Of a DNA stretch of 64,000 nt, positions 24,916 through 37,555 are shown in pieces. The stretch's first letter is position 1, and the number at the start of each line of letters is the position of its first letter. The stretch spans positions 61,816,001 to 61,880,000 of the forward strand of contig OZ076409.1 of assembly GCA_964187785.1 (NCBI GenBank), read 5' to 3'. This DNA is from Amphiscolops sp. MND2022 (taxonomy: Eukaryota). A program made the translations under genes and the position numbers. The notes under the pieces are model-generated. The model saw nothing but the letters and a program-made list of their open reading frames with translations, made no database searches and had not been told where the DNA came from.

Positions 24916-27070
24916 AAAATCAAATTTCATATATCAAATCAACTTTTTCCAAAATAGGAAGAGAAAATTCTTAAAAGTGAAACATTATAAGCAATTACAC
25001 AAGCAATTAGAAAAATAACACTTTTCTCTGACTACCCAGCGATCGAAGACATGGTACGCTTGCCAAGAACCATGGTAAATCGCTAGCTAGCCTTGCCAAG
25101 ATCTTACCATGATCTTACTGTCACGACCCGCTCCCGGTCGTAATTTTACTTGCTGCTCTGGAATACCAGGATTCGGCAGAGGACACGGACAAGGGCAGAG
25201 TCAATACTTTTAAACTTTGTTAAACTAATCAAATTCTACTTACAGTACAGCTAAATAGGTGCGAATAATTTTCCAAATACAGAATTCAACGTAAGCGTTA
25301 CGGAAGATTTTCAGAAATGACTTTAAACTAGCTAAAACTTCCGGTCTAATGTTTTCACACGCAACACCGTTTTATTTCCGGTTTTATCTTCTGAGTTTTC
25401 TATTCCAATCTAAATACTAAATAATTTTGCAAACGGGATCATTTTGGCGCTCCACACTAGAATGAAAACACAGAAACGACATTTAACTCCGAGATCCCAA
25501 CGGAGTCCATAAGATCTAAAATGAAAGAACATACAAAAATAGAGTGGAAATGTATTCCAATATTAAAGTAGTTGTTAAATATCCACTTAAAACCGCAGTC
25601 AAGTGATTTTAAGTAAATGTTTACAACGTTATAACAGCGTCACTCAACTAGGCTAGCAACGGGTGTTTCTATTTTTGCGGACCAATAGCGTCGATCGCTG
25701 GCGGAATTATCTGAGCTCATACCAATAGAATTACGCTTGGTTGCCCCTAGCAACGCTTACTAGCTAAGAAAAGAGAATAGAATCGCATACGCTCTCCGTT
25801 TTCACTCCGCCTGCTACTGCTGCTCAGCTATAACCAATCTTAATACGTACGGAGTGCTTACGGGGCGGATTGTAAAATTGTATTCCGTTGCTCAGCTATA
25901 ACCAATCCTAATACATACGGAACGCATTCGGAGCAAATTGTAAAAACAGCAACTATGAAGTATTGTTCTAAACAGAATTTAAACGGGATTTTTCTGAATC
26001 GACGCATTTTAATGGTTTCAGGAATAACTTTTACATAGGAAAAGCTGTACTGTAGGAGAGAATTGAAAAGTTTACCGTGTGTTTTGATCTTGCATTGTAA
26101 AGATAATACGTTAACATCACGTTGCATGAGACTTCCTTTTTAAAAGATTAATAACGAATATCATATTATTACGTTCCGTTGACGTAGTTAAAAGGACAAC
26201 GTGAGGATAACGTTTGGTGCTAGTTGTACCTAAGTAATCCCTTCAGCTAAAGAACACACATGTTACTTTTATCAATGATAATCAAGTATGAAGTTAGTGT
26301 TAAGATTGCTATGAAGTTCCTCCCCTATATTGCGAACAACTTTCATTTTGATGCTTTATACTAATGTTGGCGTAACAACGCTGGAAGTTCATACTCCATG
26401 CCTTTTGCTACAATTACCGTTGTGTTTACGTTTTATATGATTTTGTACCAAATAAGTATTTTTGTCATTCCATGATGCCTAACAGTGGTTCTAAGGCGTT
26501 TTAGTGAAATTCTCTCAGCATCATTTATCCTCTCTAATAACTAGATATTTCCATTTTCCAAAATTCCTAATTCCGTTTCATTTCCGTCGTCATTTTTGAG
26601 CGTCATTCTTTTGCTTCGAATCTCAATTTCCCAACTTGAATGCTGAATAATTGATCACGCCGGCGAGCCTACGCTGATGAAAATGTCAGCTAGACTTCTA
26701 TTTTGCCGCAATTTTGAAGCTCAAACAGGAAATGGATTATCTGAACAAAAATGATTTCAACAAAATTTTACGGAATGGTGACGCAACTAGGAATTTCGAT
26801 ACCTGAATTTATGACGCTGTGCTGAAATAATTTGAATCATTAGCGCTTTTTGCTGAACAAACCCGATTTTACGATACTTAGGAATTTTTAGGTGAGGAAC
26901 AAATGATGCTGGGAAGGTATAAATATGTAAAACATACATGTAATTCATTCAGTTTTAACCTGTTTTATAACAATTAGTTCTGTTCCGTTATCACAACGTG
27001 TTCAAAAGAAAACTTAAATTTTTGAAGAATTCAACTTTTCCAAAGATACTTTCTCTCTCTTTCGGCTAAA

Positions 27071-28449
27071 ATGACAACCAGAAGTCAGAAAAGGAAAGCT
27101 GTAGCTGAGCTAGTCTCAGGTGACTTTGAAACCTCCGTAAACGAAAACTCCCCGTTCGAAAGCCTTGTAGCTAGTTCTAGCAAAGTTCCTAGAATAAAAC
27201 CCGAGGGTCTGGCTGAGATAAAAACATCTCTAAGGAAGGAAATTATGTCTGATCTAACTAAAATACTTGCGGAAAACCAAAAGGAAATGCTTAAACTGAT
27301 AGCACCTTTAAACAAGAAACAAACTGTCCACATGAATGCTCAAGGCTCAGACTCCGAAAAAGAGAATGTTTCCGTAGCAAGGACGCCTACCCCCGTCAAA
27401 ACTCATACTGCGACTAACTCTAAAACAACACCGGTAAATAGTCGTAACATAGTGACAGGAGTCCTCAATGACTCTACCAACCAACCCACGAAAAGATCGA
27501 AACAACAATGCGCATCCAACGAGCAAACAAAAGACCACAACCGCAAACATTTCCAGCTACCAACCTACTTCCGATGCCGAAAGCACTCACTGCTTCGCTT
27601 CCAGTCTTCGATGGTGAGTCTGAAAAGTTTGAACTTTTTGAGGACCTATCCCGAAATAATATCAAAATGTATCCTCACCTAACCGAGATACAAAAGATCA
27701 ACTACTTCCATTCACTCCTACGAGGAAACGCGCTACAAGCGTATTGTAATCTAGATGACACTAAAAAAGACAACCTAGAAGAAGTCATAACGGCATTCAA
27801 ACGTCGCTTTGGCGATTTCCAATCATCCGCTAAAGCGAGATGCGAGTGGGATGCGCTGCATTTTGACCCCACTAAACAGAAACTCCATGAGTTCCTTGAC
27901 GCCCTGCAAAAAACTGCAAAAGAAGCATTCGGCTCAGAAGCACAAAGATTCATTGATAAAGCAATCTACGCCAAAATGCCGGATCACGTCAAGAAGATCC
28001 TCAACAGAGCATATTTGGAAGATAAGCCCTACAATGACATAGTTTTGCATCTTGAGAGAGAAATGAGATTAAACGGACTAGGTGCGCCCGACGAAACAAC
28101 CCTAGTCCCACTCAACACAGTGGACGCAGTAGTGACGGACGATAAAAAAGACCAACAACAACGAGGCCATTGCTTTCACTGTGGCAAATATGGCCACTAT
28201 AAAGCACAGTGTCGCAGACTTCAACGAGAGCGTTACAATATCGCCAAAACAACCACAAAAGACCCAGCCCAAAACGAAGCACCCAAACACAAGTGTGATA
28301 CATGTGGCAAGATGCACAAAACTGAGAACTGTTGGAACGGAGCCAATGCGGCAAATGACCCCAGAAGGAAGAAACGAGAATTCACCATTCCAACCAACAA
28401 AATCAGTGAACAACCTGTACCCACACTGTTCTCCCAGCTAAAAAACTGA
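27071..28449 (+). pseudogene. Gag of element A (starts inside 5' LTR; one frameshift near 27535)
   Basis: LPVFDGE..FELFE capsid motif, zinc knuckles CFHCGKYGHYKAQC and CDTCGKMHKTENC. Confidence 0.88.
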
Positions 28450-28869
28450 AATCGCCGCGCCTACGATTTGGGGAAAAAGTAGACGCGAGGGCGTACACGA
28501 TGGAGGACCCCCCAAACAGGTATGAGGAAGATTTTTTAACCGAATGTAATGAAGAACCAACTCAAGACTGGCAACGCCGTTGGAACGTAGGCATGATACT
28601 CAGGCATAACGTCAGACACCCAGAAGATCCAACGCCACTACCCCAGTGGATAACGGAGTCGCCCGATAACTATGCGACACTCAAAAGACCTAAAAGCCGT
28701 TGCCGGAATCAAAAACAGACCGAATTTATATATATGACAGAGACTACAGATGTGACCATTGGGATGAACCAACTATCTATGATACAAATAAACTATCCTT
28801 CAAAATCCAAGTCTCAAACCCTCAAGCTCAATCTATGGAGATTACAAACCTACCATCACCGCCGTCACC

Positions 28870-30313
28870 GATCCTGAAAAGAACAACACCATCCCCAACA
28901 GTACCCGTCACGAAATCAGCAAACAACGGATTCAGGGCTAACATCCGACGATGCAACAATTTCCGACTGCTATATTTTTTCGTCTTCGGGCGCTCAAAGT
29001 GACTCTCCACTTTCTCAACAAGCTCGCTAAAGCCTATAATATACACAAAACCAATGAGCAAACGAAACACCCAAGGTAAACGTCACCGCAACGCACTACA
29101 CACCACCACTAGGAGGCCAATCACAAACAAACAACAAACCTGTCTGTATTTGCCGAGCCGTACCCTCTTCTACAGTTGAAGCCAACTGACGGCCCAACTG
29201 CATCATTTCGGGTGACACAGGAGTTGCCGAAAACGATACGTCTTCTGCCCCTTCCAACCGCTCAAGGTGGCATCAAGCTCTGGGACCCGTGCTGTCCTTT
29301 TTAATTTCGGAGAAGACTCCATGAACTTCACGCTCGTCTTTCGGAAAGGAAACACCTTCCAACCTACAACACAAGCGTGATAAGAACTGGAAACTAGAGC
29401 CCGATAAATTGGCAAAGAGGAAAAAAAGAAAAAAAACACCAACATAAAGAACACAATCATGCAAGTACACAACTTACAGCCTGGCGTATTCTCCTCCTCG
29501 ACAGCATTTTCTTCTCCTGTGGAGGTGGTAGCAGCCTCACCTCCATGAGGCTCCACACTGACATCAAAATTGCCCGGGACTACCTCGGACAAATCGGGAG
29601 GAACAGCAGAGGAAACATCAATGCCCGGAACAACTGCAGATTCAGTAGTAGAACAAGCGGGAAGCAACGTCGTCAAAGCATCATTGATAGACTGCTCAGG
29701 AACCAACACTGAAGTCACCGGAGGCAACCTCAAAGAAAAACCCAGTGATGATAACCCCACGGGGGTAGCAGAGGTCCCACCCGTGGTGGTAGCGGAAACA
29801 ACAGCCAAGGAAGTTCCAGGTTGAGTTACTGAAAATCAAGATCTGGTTCAGACGCGTCAGAGTTACGGGTAAGACAATAAAGGCTGATCACCAAAATAAC
29901 AATAGTCCTATTGCCCAGGAAGTCAGAAAGATTTTACCAACCTGAAGAAGTGACTACAACTTCCGTTTCCGAAGGATAAGCGTCGTCTTCAGTGAAGCAG
30001 AAGTTAGTCTCATGCCCACTGAGAAAGCCAGAGACACCAGGAGGAACAGCGTCTTCACTCATGACCAAAAGTGACAACAGCGATTGTCAACGCAATCTAA
30101 AAAAGGAAAAAGAAATCAACAAAATAGAAATCACGTCGAGTAAAAGTAAACACGCTAAAAGAAAATTAGCAACGTCATCCCTACCTAACCAGGAAAATCA
30201 TCTAATCTTCAACTTCAGTGAAAACCTATTATGGCATTGATGGAAACAAAACGTCTCCGAAATATTCTACAGGTGGACAAAAATCACCAAGAAGTTCTGA
30301 AGAAAGATGCCAT
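28870..30313 (-). pseudogene. Five-exon antisense accessory gene inside element A (decayed, unknown product)
   Basis: Exons 30313-30185, 30096-29942, 29828-29478, 29363-29140, 29033-~28870 separated by four 88-114-nt T-rich GT-AG introns; three of four junctions keep phase. Confidence 0.65.
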
Positions 30314-30668
30314 TTTGGAAATTACGGAATATGAACGTAGAATATTCGAGAAGAAATCATTGATGTCATGACGTCATTGACCGAGAAAGAAACGGAACGT
30401 AAAATTAGAAACTTTTTCCTATAAGTTTCGACCAATCACAACGCATTTAGCAAGCTTTCCTTTCCCGACTCAAGTCGCACCGATACGAAAGCGAAAAAAC
30501 CGACCAATAGAATTTCGATGAAAATTTCGAAGGAAAGGAAATTGAAAGGGTCATTTGTCGTCCAAATCTTCAGCTTGACCAGCTCAACGCATAGAAATTT
30601 CAAATCTATTCCAGTTTTTCTGCAACTCAGAACCTGAAAATTGTCTCGAAAGCTCTCCGTTAAACAAA
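30314..30668. promoter_or_regulatory. Candidate internal bidirectional promoter of element A
   Basis: Lies between two divergent ATGs, each preceded by CAAA(A); palindromic TGACGTCA at 30369-30376; CCAAT at 30432 and 30504. Confidence 0.5.
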
Positions 30669-31354
30669 ATGAACAGCTACTCTTTAGTCATCGACATATC
30701 TTCTGATGAAGAAAACGCAAAAACGAGCACACCACTGAAAACACTACCGCTCAACATGATTGGCTCACTAAGTGATTCATCAATTGAAGTTTATCGCGGA
30801 AGCGATGCGGAACTGATTTCCACTTCCGGGTCACCTGAAACGGCACCGACGCCTAAGAAGAAAAGGAAAACAGGAAGAGTCACGTTCAATCACCAGCAGC
30901 CGACTCTGACACGGAATACTACGAAGAGCCAGACTCCCCGCAACGCCTACCTTCCCAAAAAAAACGTACTCCTGTTCTGAAGGAGACGGAAAATAACCCT
31001 GTTCTGGGAAATGAAAGAATACCAAACGCGGCAAAATTGAACGACCTGAATGAGCCGTCCTTGGCGGAATTGGAAGCTCTATACGGCCTGGACTTAGAGG
31101 ACCGAAATTACCTCGCATCCTTAGGCCGTGGACGCGGTCGGCACGCAACAAATATAAATCTGCCGCATCTAAAAGAAAACCTGCATCCTGTCGGCATAAT
31201 TAGACCCCCCGAGTGCTGTCCGGAGGAAATAGAACGCCTAGAGAAAGAAGTCCGTGAGTTGGACGAGGAAGAAAGGAAAATTAGAGACATGAAGGCGGGA
31301 AGAGGACGTGGCCCACTCCAGTCAAGGAAATACAATGGTCGCCCCCCCCCGTAA
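30669..31354 (+). pseudogene. Sense accessory ORF of element A (~228 aa after restoring one base in an A8 run)
   Basis: ORFs 30669-30980 and 31037-31354 join in the -1 frame through KRTPVLKETENN; motifs VIDISSDEE, PKKKRK, GRGRG. Confidence 0.6.
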
Positions 31355-33377
31355 TAATAAGGAAAGAAGTCCCACACTGTTATGCTTTACCCCTGTCACT
31401 CGCATCAAGAGGGGCCCTGTCACGACCCGCTCCCGGTCGTAATTTTACTTGCTGCTCTGGAATACCAGGATTCGGCAGAGGACACGGACAAGGGCAGAGT
31501 CAATACTTTTAAACTTTGTTAAACTAATCAAATTCTACTTACAGTACAGCTAAATAAGTGCGAATAATATTCCGAATACAGAATTCAACGTAAGCGTTAC
31601 GGAAGATTTTCAGAAATGACTTTAAACTAGCTAAAACTTCCGGTCTAATGTTTTCACACGCAACACCGTTTTATTAACGGTTTTATCTTCTGAGTTTTCC
31701 ATTCCAATCTAAATACCAAATAATTTTGCAAACGGGATCATTTTGGCGCTCCACACTAAAATGAAAACACAGAAACGACATTTAACTCCGAGATCTCAAC
31801 GGAGTCCATAAGATCTAAAATGAAAGAACATACAAAAATAGATTGGAAATGTATTCCAATATTAAAGTAGTTTTTAAATATCCACTTAAAACCGCAGTCA
31901 AGTGATTTTAAGTAAATGTTTACAACGTTGTGACAGCGTCACTCAACTAGGCTAGCAATGGGTATTTCTATTTTTACGGACCAATAGCGTCGCTCGCTGG
32001 CGGAATTATCTGAGCTCATACCAATAGAATTACGCTTGGTTGCCCCTCTAGCAACGCTTACTAGCTAAGAAAAGAGAATAGAATCGCATACGCTCTCCGT
32101 TTTCACTCCGCCTGCTACTGCTGCTCAGCTATAACCAATCCTAATACGTACGGAGCGCTTACGGGGCGGATTGTAAAATTGTATTCCGTTGCTCAGCTAT
32201 AACCAATCCTAATACATACGGAACGCATTCGGAGCAAATTGTAAAAACAGCAACTATGAAGTATTGTTCTAAACAGAATTTAAACGGGATTTTTCTGAAT
32301 CGACGCATTTTAATGGTTTCAGGAATAACTTTTACATAGGAAAAGCTGTACTGTAGGAGAGAATTGAAAAGTTTACCGTGTGTTTTGATCTTGCATTGTA
32401 AAGATAATACGTTAACATCACGTTGCATGAGACTTCCTTTTTAAAAGATTAATAACGAATATCATATTATTACGTTCCGTTGACGTAGTTAAAAGGACAA
32501 CGTGAGGATAACGTTTGGTGCTAGTTGTACCTAAGTAATCCCTTCAGCTAAAGAACACACATGTTACTTTTATCAATGATAATCAAGTATGAAGTTAGTG
32601 TTAAGATTGCTATGAAGTTCCTCCCCTATATTGCGAACAACTTTCATTTTGATGCTTTATACTAATGTTGGCGTAACAACGCTGGAAGTTCATACTCCAT
32701 GCCTTTTGCTACAATTACCGTTGTGTTTACGTTTTATATGATTTTGTACCAAATAAGTATTTTTGTCATTCCATGATGCCTAACAGTGGTTCTAAGGTGT
32801 TTTAGTGAAATTCTCTCAGCATCATTTATCCTCTCTAGTAACTAGATATTTCCATTTTCCGAAATTCTTAATTCCGTTTCATTTCCGTCGTCATTTTTGA
32901 GCGTCATTCTCTTGCTTCGAATCTCAATTTCCCAACTTGAATGCTGACTACTTGATCACGCCGGCGTGCCTACGCTGATGAAAATGTCAGCTAGACTTCT
33001 ATTTTGCCGCAATTTTGAAGCTCAAACAGGAAATGGATTATCTGAACAAAAATGATTTCAACAAAGTTTTACAGAATAGTGACGCAATTAGAAATTTCGA
33101 TACATGAATTTATGACGCCGTGCTGAAATAATTTGAATCATTAGCGCTTTTTGCTGAACAAACCCGATTTTACGATACCTAGGAATTTTTAGGTGAGGAA
33201 CAAATGATGCTGGGAATGTATAAATATGTAAAACATACATGTAATTCATTCAGTTTTAACCTGTTTTGTAACAATTAGTTCTGTTCCGTTATCACAACGT
33301 GTTCAAAAGAAAACTTAAATCTTTGAAGAATTCAACTTTTCCAAAGATACTTTCTCTCTCTCTCTCTTTCGGCTAAA

Positions 33378-34067
33378 ATGACAACCAGAAGTCAGAAAAG
33401 GAAAGCTGTAGCTGAGCTAGTCTCAGGTGACTTTGAAACCTCCGTAAACGAAAACTCCCCGTTCGAAAGCCTTGTAGCTAGTTCTAGCAAAGTTCCTAGA
33501 ATAAAACCCGAGGGTCTGGCTGAGATAAAAACATCTCTAAGGAAGGAAATTATGTCTGATCTAACTAAAATACTTGCGGAAAACCAAAAGGAAGTGCTTA
33601 AACTGATAGCACCTTTAAACAAGAAACAAACTGTCCACATGAATGCTCAAGACTCAGACTCCGAATCAGAGAATGTTTCCGTAGCAAGGACGTCTACCCC
33701 CGTCAAAAGTCATACTGCGACTAACTCTAAAAGAACACCGGTTAATAGTCGTAGCTCTTACCAAGATCTTGTCAAGGATACCATGATTATGCAAGATCGT
33801 GCCAAGCGTACCATGTTTCACCATGATCTTGGCAAGGATGCCAAGATTAGCCATGATCTTGACAGGGGTACCATGGTTAACCATGATTTAGCAAGATTAA
33901 CCATGATCTTGGCAAGCTTAGCGTGTCTTCGATCGCTGGGTAGAAAAATCAAAAGACAACCTGTTGACAAAAAATTATATTCCCATTTAAAAAATGAAGC
34001 TTTCCGCATACCGAAGTCTAGCGACGGGCGTTTTCTGACTAGTGGAATGATTATTAAATTTACATGA
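33378..34067 (+). other. Chimeric ORF: 3'-LTR copy of Gag N-terminus reading into flanking MITE/host DNA
   Basis: First ~126 aa match the 27071 ORF; the rest translates the MITE and flank. Confidence 0.75.
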
Positions 34068-36899
34068 TGTTTGTCCCATTCGATGTTGCATAAATTAGTT
34101 TGAAGTAACTCCAAATTAAACAGAAAACATCCAGAAGTTGTCAAAGAAGTTCATATGTGTGACGTAATCGGATCGAAACTTGGCGTTCACACCTTGTATG
34201 TTCTAGAAACTCTAAACACATGTATATAACCAGCATGTCGGTGCTTAGTAGCTTGTCTTAGTATTCTTTTCCATTTCTGGTTTTTAGTGAAGCAGTCACG
34301 ATGACTTTTGATATAAAATTAAAACGGAGGTTAGCGGAGACAAAAATTCTAGAAATCAGTGCTTGACAAAGACAAGATAGGATTTATAATAGCTAGATTT
34401 GTTGCACCGATGGCATCACATTAAAACCATGAAACATTTGTTTTTCTGTCACAGTGTACTTTGATGTCTTTAATTTGACACTCAGCGCATTTCCCTCGAA
34501 CAAATCTATTAGTCATTTATGCCAATGGCTCCGCTTCGACAACTTTACATGCAACATGAAAGCATCTTACATCTTGCACATTTCTCTCTGTTCTCTGCCG
34601 CCTTGCAGAAACTGCAATTGCAATGGTGTTAGCTATGGGAAATAGGGGGGTTCTTCGGTTCGATCCAATTGATTACACAGATTACAAAGCAAAAAACAAT
34701 GCGACATTGATGGTCATTCATGCTTTCAGCCGCTGACATTTATCTTTCATTGTCCTTATCATTTACAATTGTATCGTGTTACAATTTGTCAGTGCCAAGC
34801 TCTTAGTCAGCGAAAATTGGTCAGAACTCCGGCGATTCGTTTCTGCTTGACTTTGCACCATTTCTGTAATCGAATACTACTCTGTACATTGAGTCGGCCA
34901 GCCTTCGCTGTAGTCCCAAACATTTTCATGTTTTCTGCTACTTTTACAGGCGCCGGTTATAAAACTATAAAAGTTACAAGCGTGTAGAAGCTCAACAATT
35001 CTCAATATATTAAGTGCATAGATAACATTCTCAAGCGTTTCTTGAAATTCAGTTTCCATTATATTCAAACATTCTTTCCCCAATACATTGCCGCGACTTT
35101 CATCAACTAGCACCAGTTAACATACCACGATTTATAACACAGACTCCTACTCCGGTTTCTGTAAAGTCCAGTCAACTTAATAGACATAATCACAAAGTGG
35201 TAATTCCAAGCCTGTATACTGAAAACATCCGAAGACGGTAAGTTTGGAATTCTCTTCAATTTAATCCCCCTTTGTTAGTAAATTGATGCGCTCCGATTAA
35301 AATGAGCGATGTTCCGTTCTGACAGCGCCAACTTTGTATATCAATCAAACTAACTTTGATCTGCAAAATTGGCCCGAACACTCGTGTTTCTCGTATCAGA
35401 ATATTCAGTTATATCAAATAGTTTTAACTGCAGTTTAGCTCACTGGGTTTGAAAATGGCTCCCTCAACCGAAACCGGGAATTTCGGCGTGATCATCAAAG
35501 TGAAACAGTTTTTCAGAAGAAGTAAGACAAAGAATTTTTCGCTTGAAACACCGTTTTGTTACACACACGTTTGAGTAAAACGAATGTTCACCTCTAAATA
35601 TCTTGAAAAACAAACGGAGTAGTTCCAATGAAACAATATACAACTTGAAAACAAGAGCGGTCTCAAGGCTAAAGAAGACCAGAATCCGTTTCAATATGCT
35701 CAGTAAAACTCACCATGCTGAAAATATCCAAACGCGGGACCATTTAGGATCGAAAATATATATATTTTTTCTTCCTAAACAGAAACATCCCAGTGTCAAA
35801 TATCGTAAATCTCGTACCTAAATCTCGCATATTCGTACATTATTACGTTCACTCTTGAAAGCCTTGATAAGATCTTGTTTATTCTTGCTTCACAAAATCC
35901 CTTGATTTGTTGATAGGAATCTTGGTATGAATCAAGAGCCTCGAGATTGAAAAACTTGCAAAAAAATGTTTTCATTTACAAACACTGTCCTAATGTTCGC
36001 ACTACCAGTTACACTATATTTCTTTCAAGCCTTGCTTTTAGACCAACGCAGAGTATTGTGTCGCGTTATGACCAACGTTTTTGACCAACAGTCACTATTT
36101 GAAAAACACCGAAATTATTAAAAAACTAAACAATCACCCCAAGAGTACAGTGCGGTTTATATTCAAAAAATACCTGCAGAAATAAAAAGCATAACAATCC
36201 TCTTTGTGCTACTGTGCCGTTTATAATTACAAAACACCTGCACTAAAAAAACTCATCAATCATCCCATGGCTACGGTGCTGTTTGTATTCAAAAAACACC
36301 TGCAAAAACAAAACAGTAAACTGAACTGACCTGGAGAAAAGAGGGGGATGGAGATTAATAAATAATGAAGAACGCAGCTGTAAAACAATAACTGCAGCCA
36401 AACAAAAGAAAAATAGGAGATACTAACACCGCAGGATTGCACAAGTGAAAACATCTTTAATTTACCGCGGTGATATAAATTTTAAGCAAAGCTGTGATTG
36501 GTTGCTTGCAAATCATGCCGGCCAGGCACCCTCTCAGATTTCTTTTGCGGTTTTTATACGACGAACGCTGGCTGAAGATTCATTCTGCCAGCAAAACCGG
36601 AGGTGCTTCAACACAAAAAAGCTCTCTTCCTCCTTCAATTCTCTCTCACTTATCATCCCTTGCTCCATCTCTCCCTCTTTCCTTAATTTTCCTTTTTTGA
36701 GTTAATTTTCATTTGGACTTAAAACGTCTATCTTTTTCTCTCTCCTTCTCTTGTTTTGGTTCTCTTCCCAGCAAATTTCTTTTGTCCCAAAGTTTGCTAA
36801 GTTACACTTCTCCCAACGGAATTTTCTTTTTTTCCCTACTTTTCTCTCGTGGAGATTTTTCTCTTTTCTAACTAAATTGTAAGAATAATTCTTAAAATA

Positions 36900-37555
36900 T
36901 AAATTATCTTATAATAATTCCGCTCGTTTCATTCTGTGACTGTTTAAATTCTATCTTAGAACAATTCCGCTGATTTCATTCTGCAGCTGTTTAAGTTTTA
37001 TTTTAGAATAATTCCACTGATTTCATTCTGCGGTTGTTTATTTCCTATCTTAAAATGAATCCGTTGAGTTCATTCGGCGGCTGTTTAACGTCTACCCTAA
37101 AAGAATTTCGCTGATTTCATTCTGTGGTTGTTTAGTTTCTATCTTAGAATAAATCCGTTGAGTTCACTCTGTGCCTGTTTAAAAATTATCCTAGGCGAAT
37201 TCCGCTGATTTCACTCTGCAGTTGTTTAATTTCTATCTTAGAATTATTACGGTGGTATCATTGTGCGCGGTTGTTTAATTTCTATCTTAGAATAAATCCG
37301 TTGAGTTCATTTTGCGGCAGTTTAAAGTTTATCCTAGACGAATTCCGCTGATTTCTTCCGGCGTTTGTTTACTTTCTATCATAGAATAATTACGCTTGTA
37401 TCATTGTGAGTTCCGCTGTTTTCATTCTGCGGTTGTTCAAATTCTATCTTAGAATAATTCCGCCGGTTTCATTCCGCGATTGTTTAAATTCTATCTTAGA
37501 ATAATTCCGCTGATTTCACTCTGCGGTTGTTGAATTTTGATCTTTGAAAATTCCG
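36900..37555 (+). repeat. 47-bp satellite, ~14 units
   Basis: Consensus ATTCTATCTTAGAATAATTCCGCTGATTTCATTCTGCGGTTGTTTAA. Confidence 0.92.

Larger units (their letters stand above)
25119..33756 (+). mobile_element. Long-LTR, pol-deleted LTR retrotransposon (element A)
   Basis: LTRs 25119-27449 and 31418-33756 (~2.33 kb, near-identical by eye), termini TGTCACGAC..GTCGTAACA, TSD CTTAC, PBS-like T(A)GTGACAGGAG at 27450, short purine tract AAGAGGGG before the 3' LTR. Confidence 0.93.
25035..33940. mobile_element. Short CCCAG-terminal MITE (EnSpm/CMC-like) split by the LTR element into 25035-25118 and 33757-33940
   Basis: Perfect TIR CCCAGCGATCGAAGACA/TGTCTTCGATCGCTGGG flanked by TA; internal ccatgatctt/ccaagatctt repeats. 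Confidence 0.8.

Noticed and set aside
25858..26127. 89-aa minus ORF identical at 32159-32428
   Set aside because: Identity only reflects the two LTR copies; no motif or coding signal.
30957..30965. Programmed frameshift in the accessory ORF
   Set aside because: The A8C run contains a slippery heptamer, but single-base loss in a homopolymer of a decaying element is simpler.
34450..35240. Cys-rich and transposase-like fragments on the minus strand
   Set aside because: Multiple stops and no motif I can assign; possibly old transposon debris.
36900..37555. CRISPR-like array
   Set aside because: Contiguous 47-bp units with no unique spacers, no cas genes, eukaryotic context.
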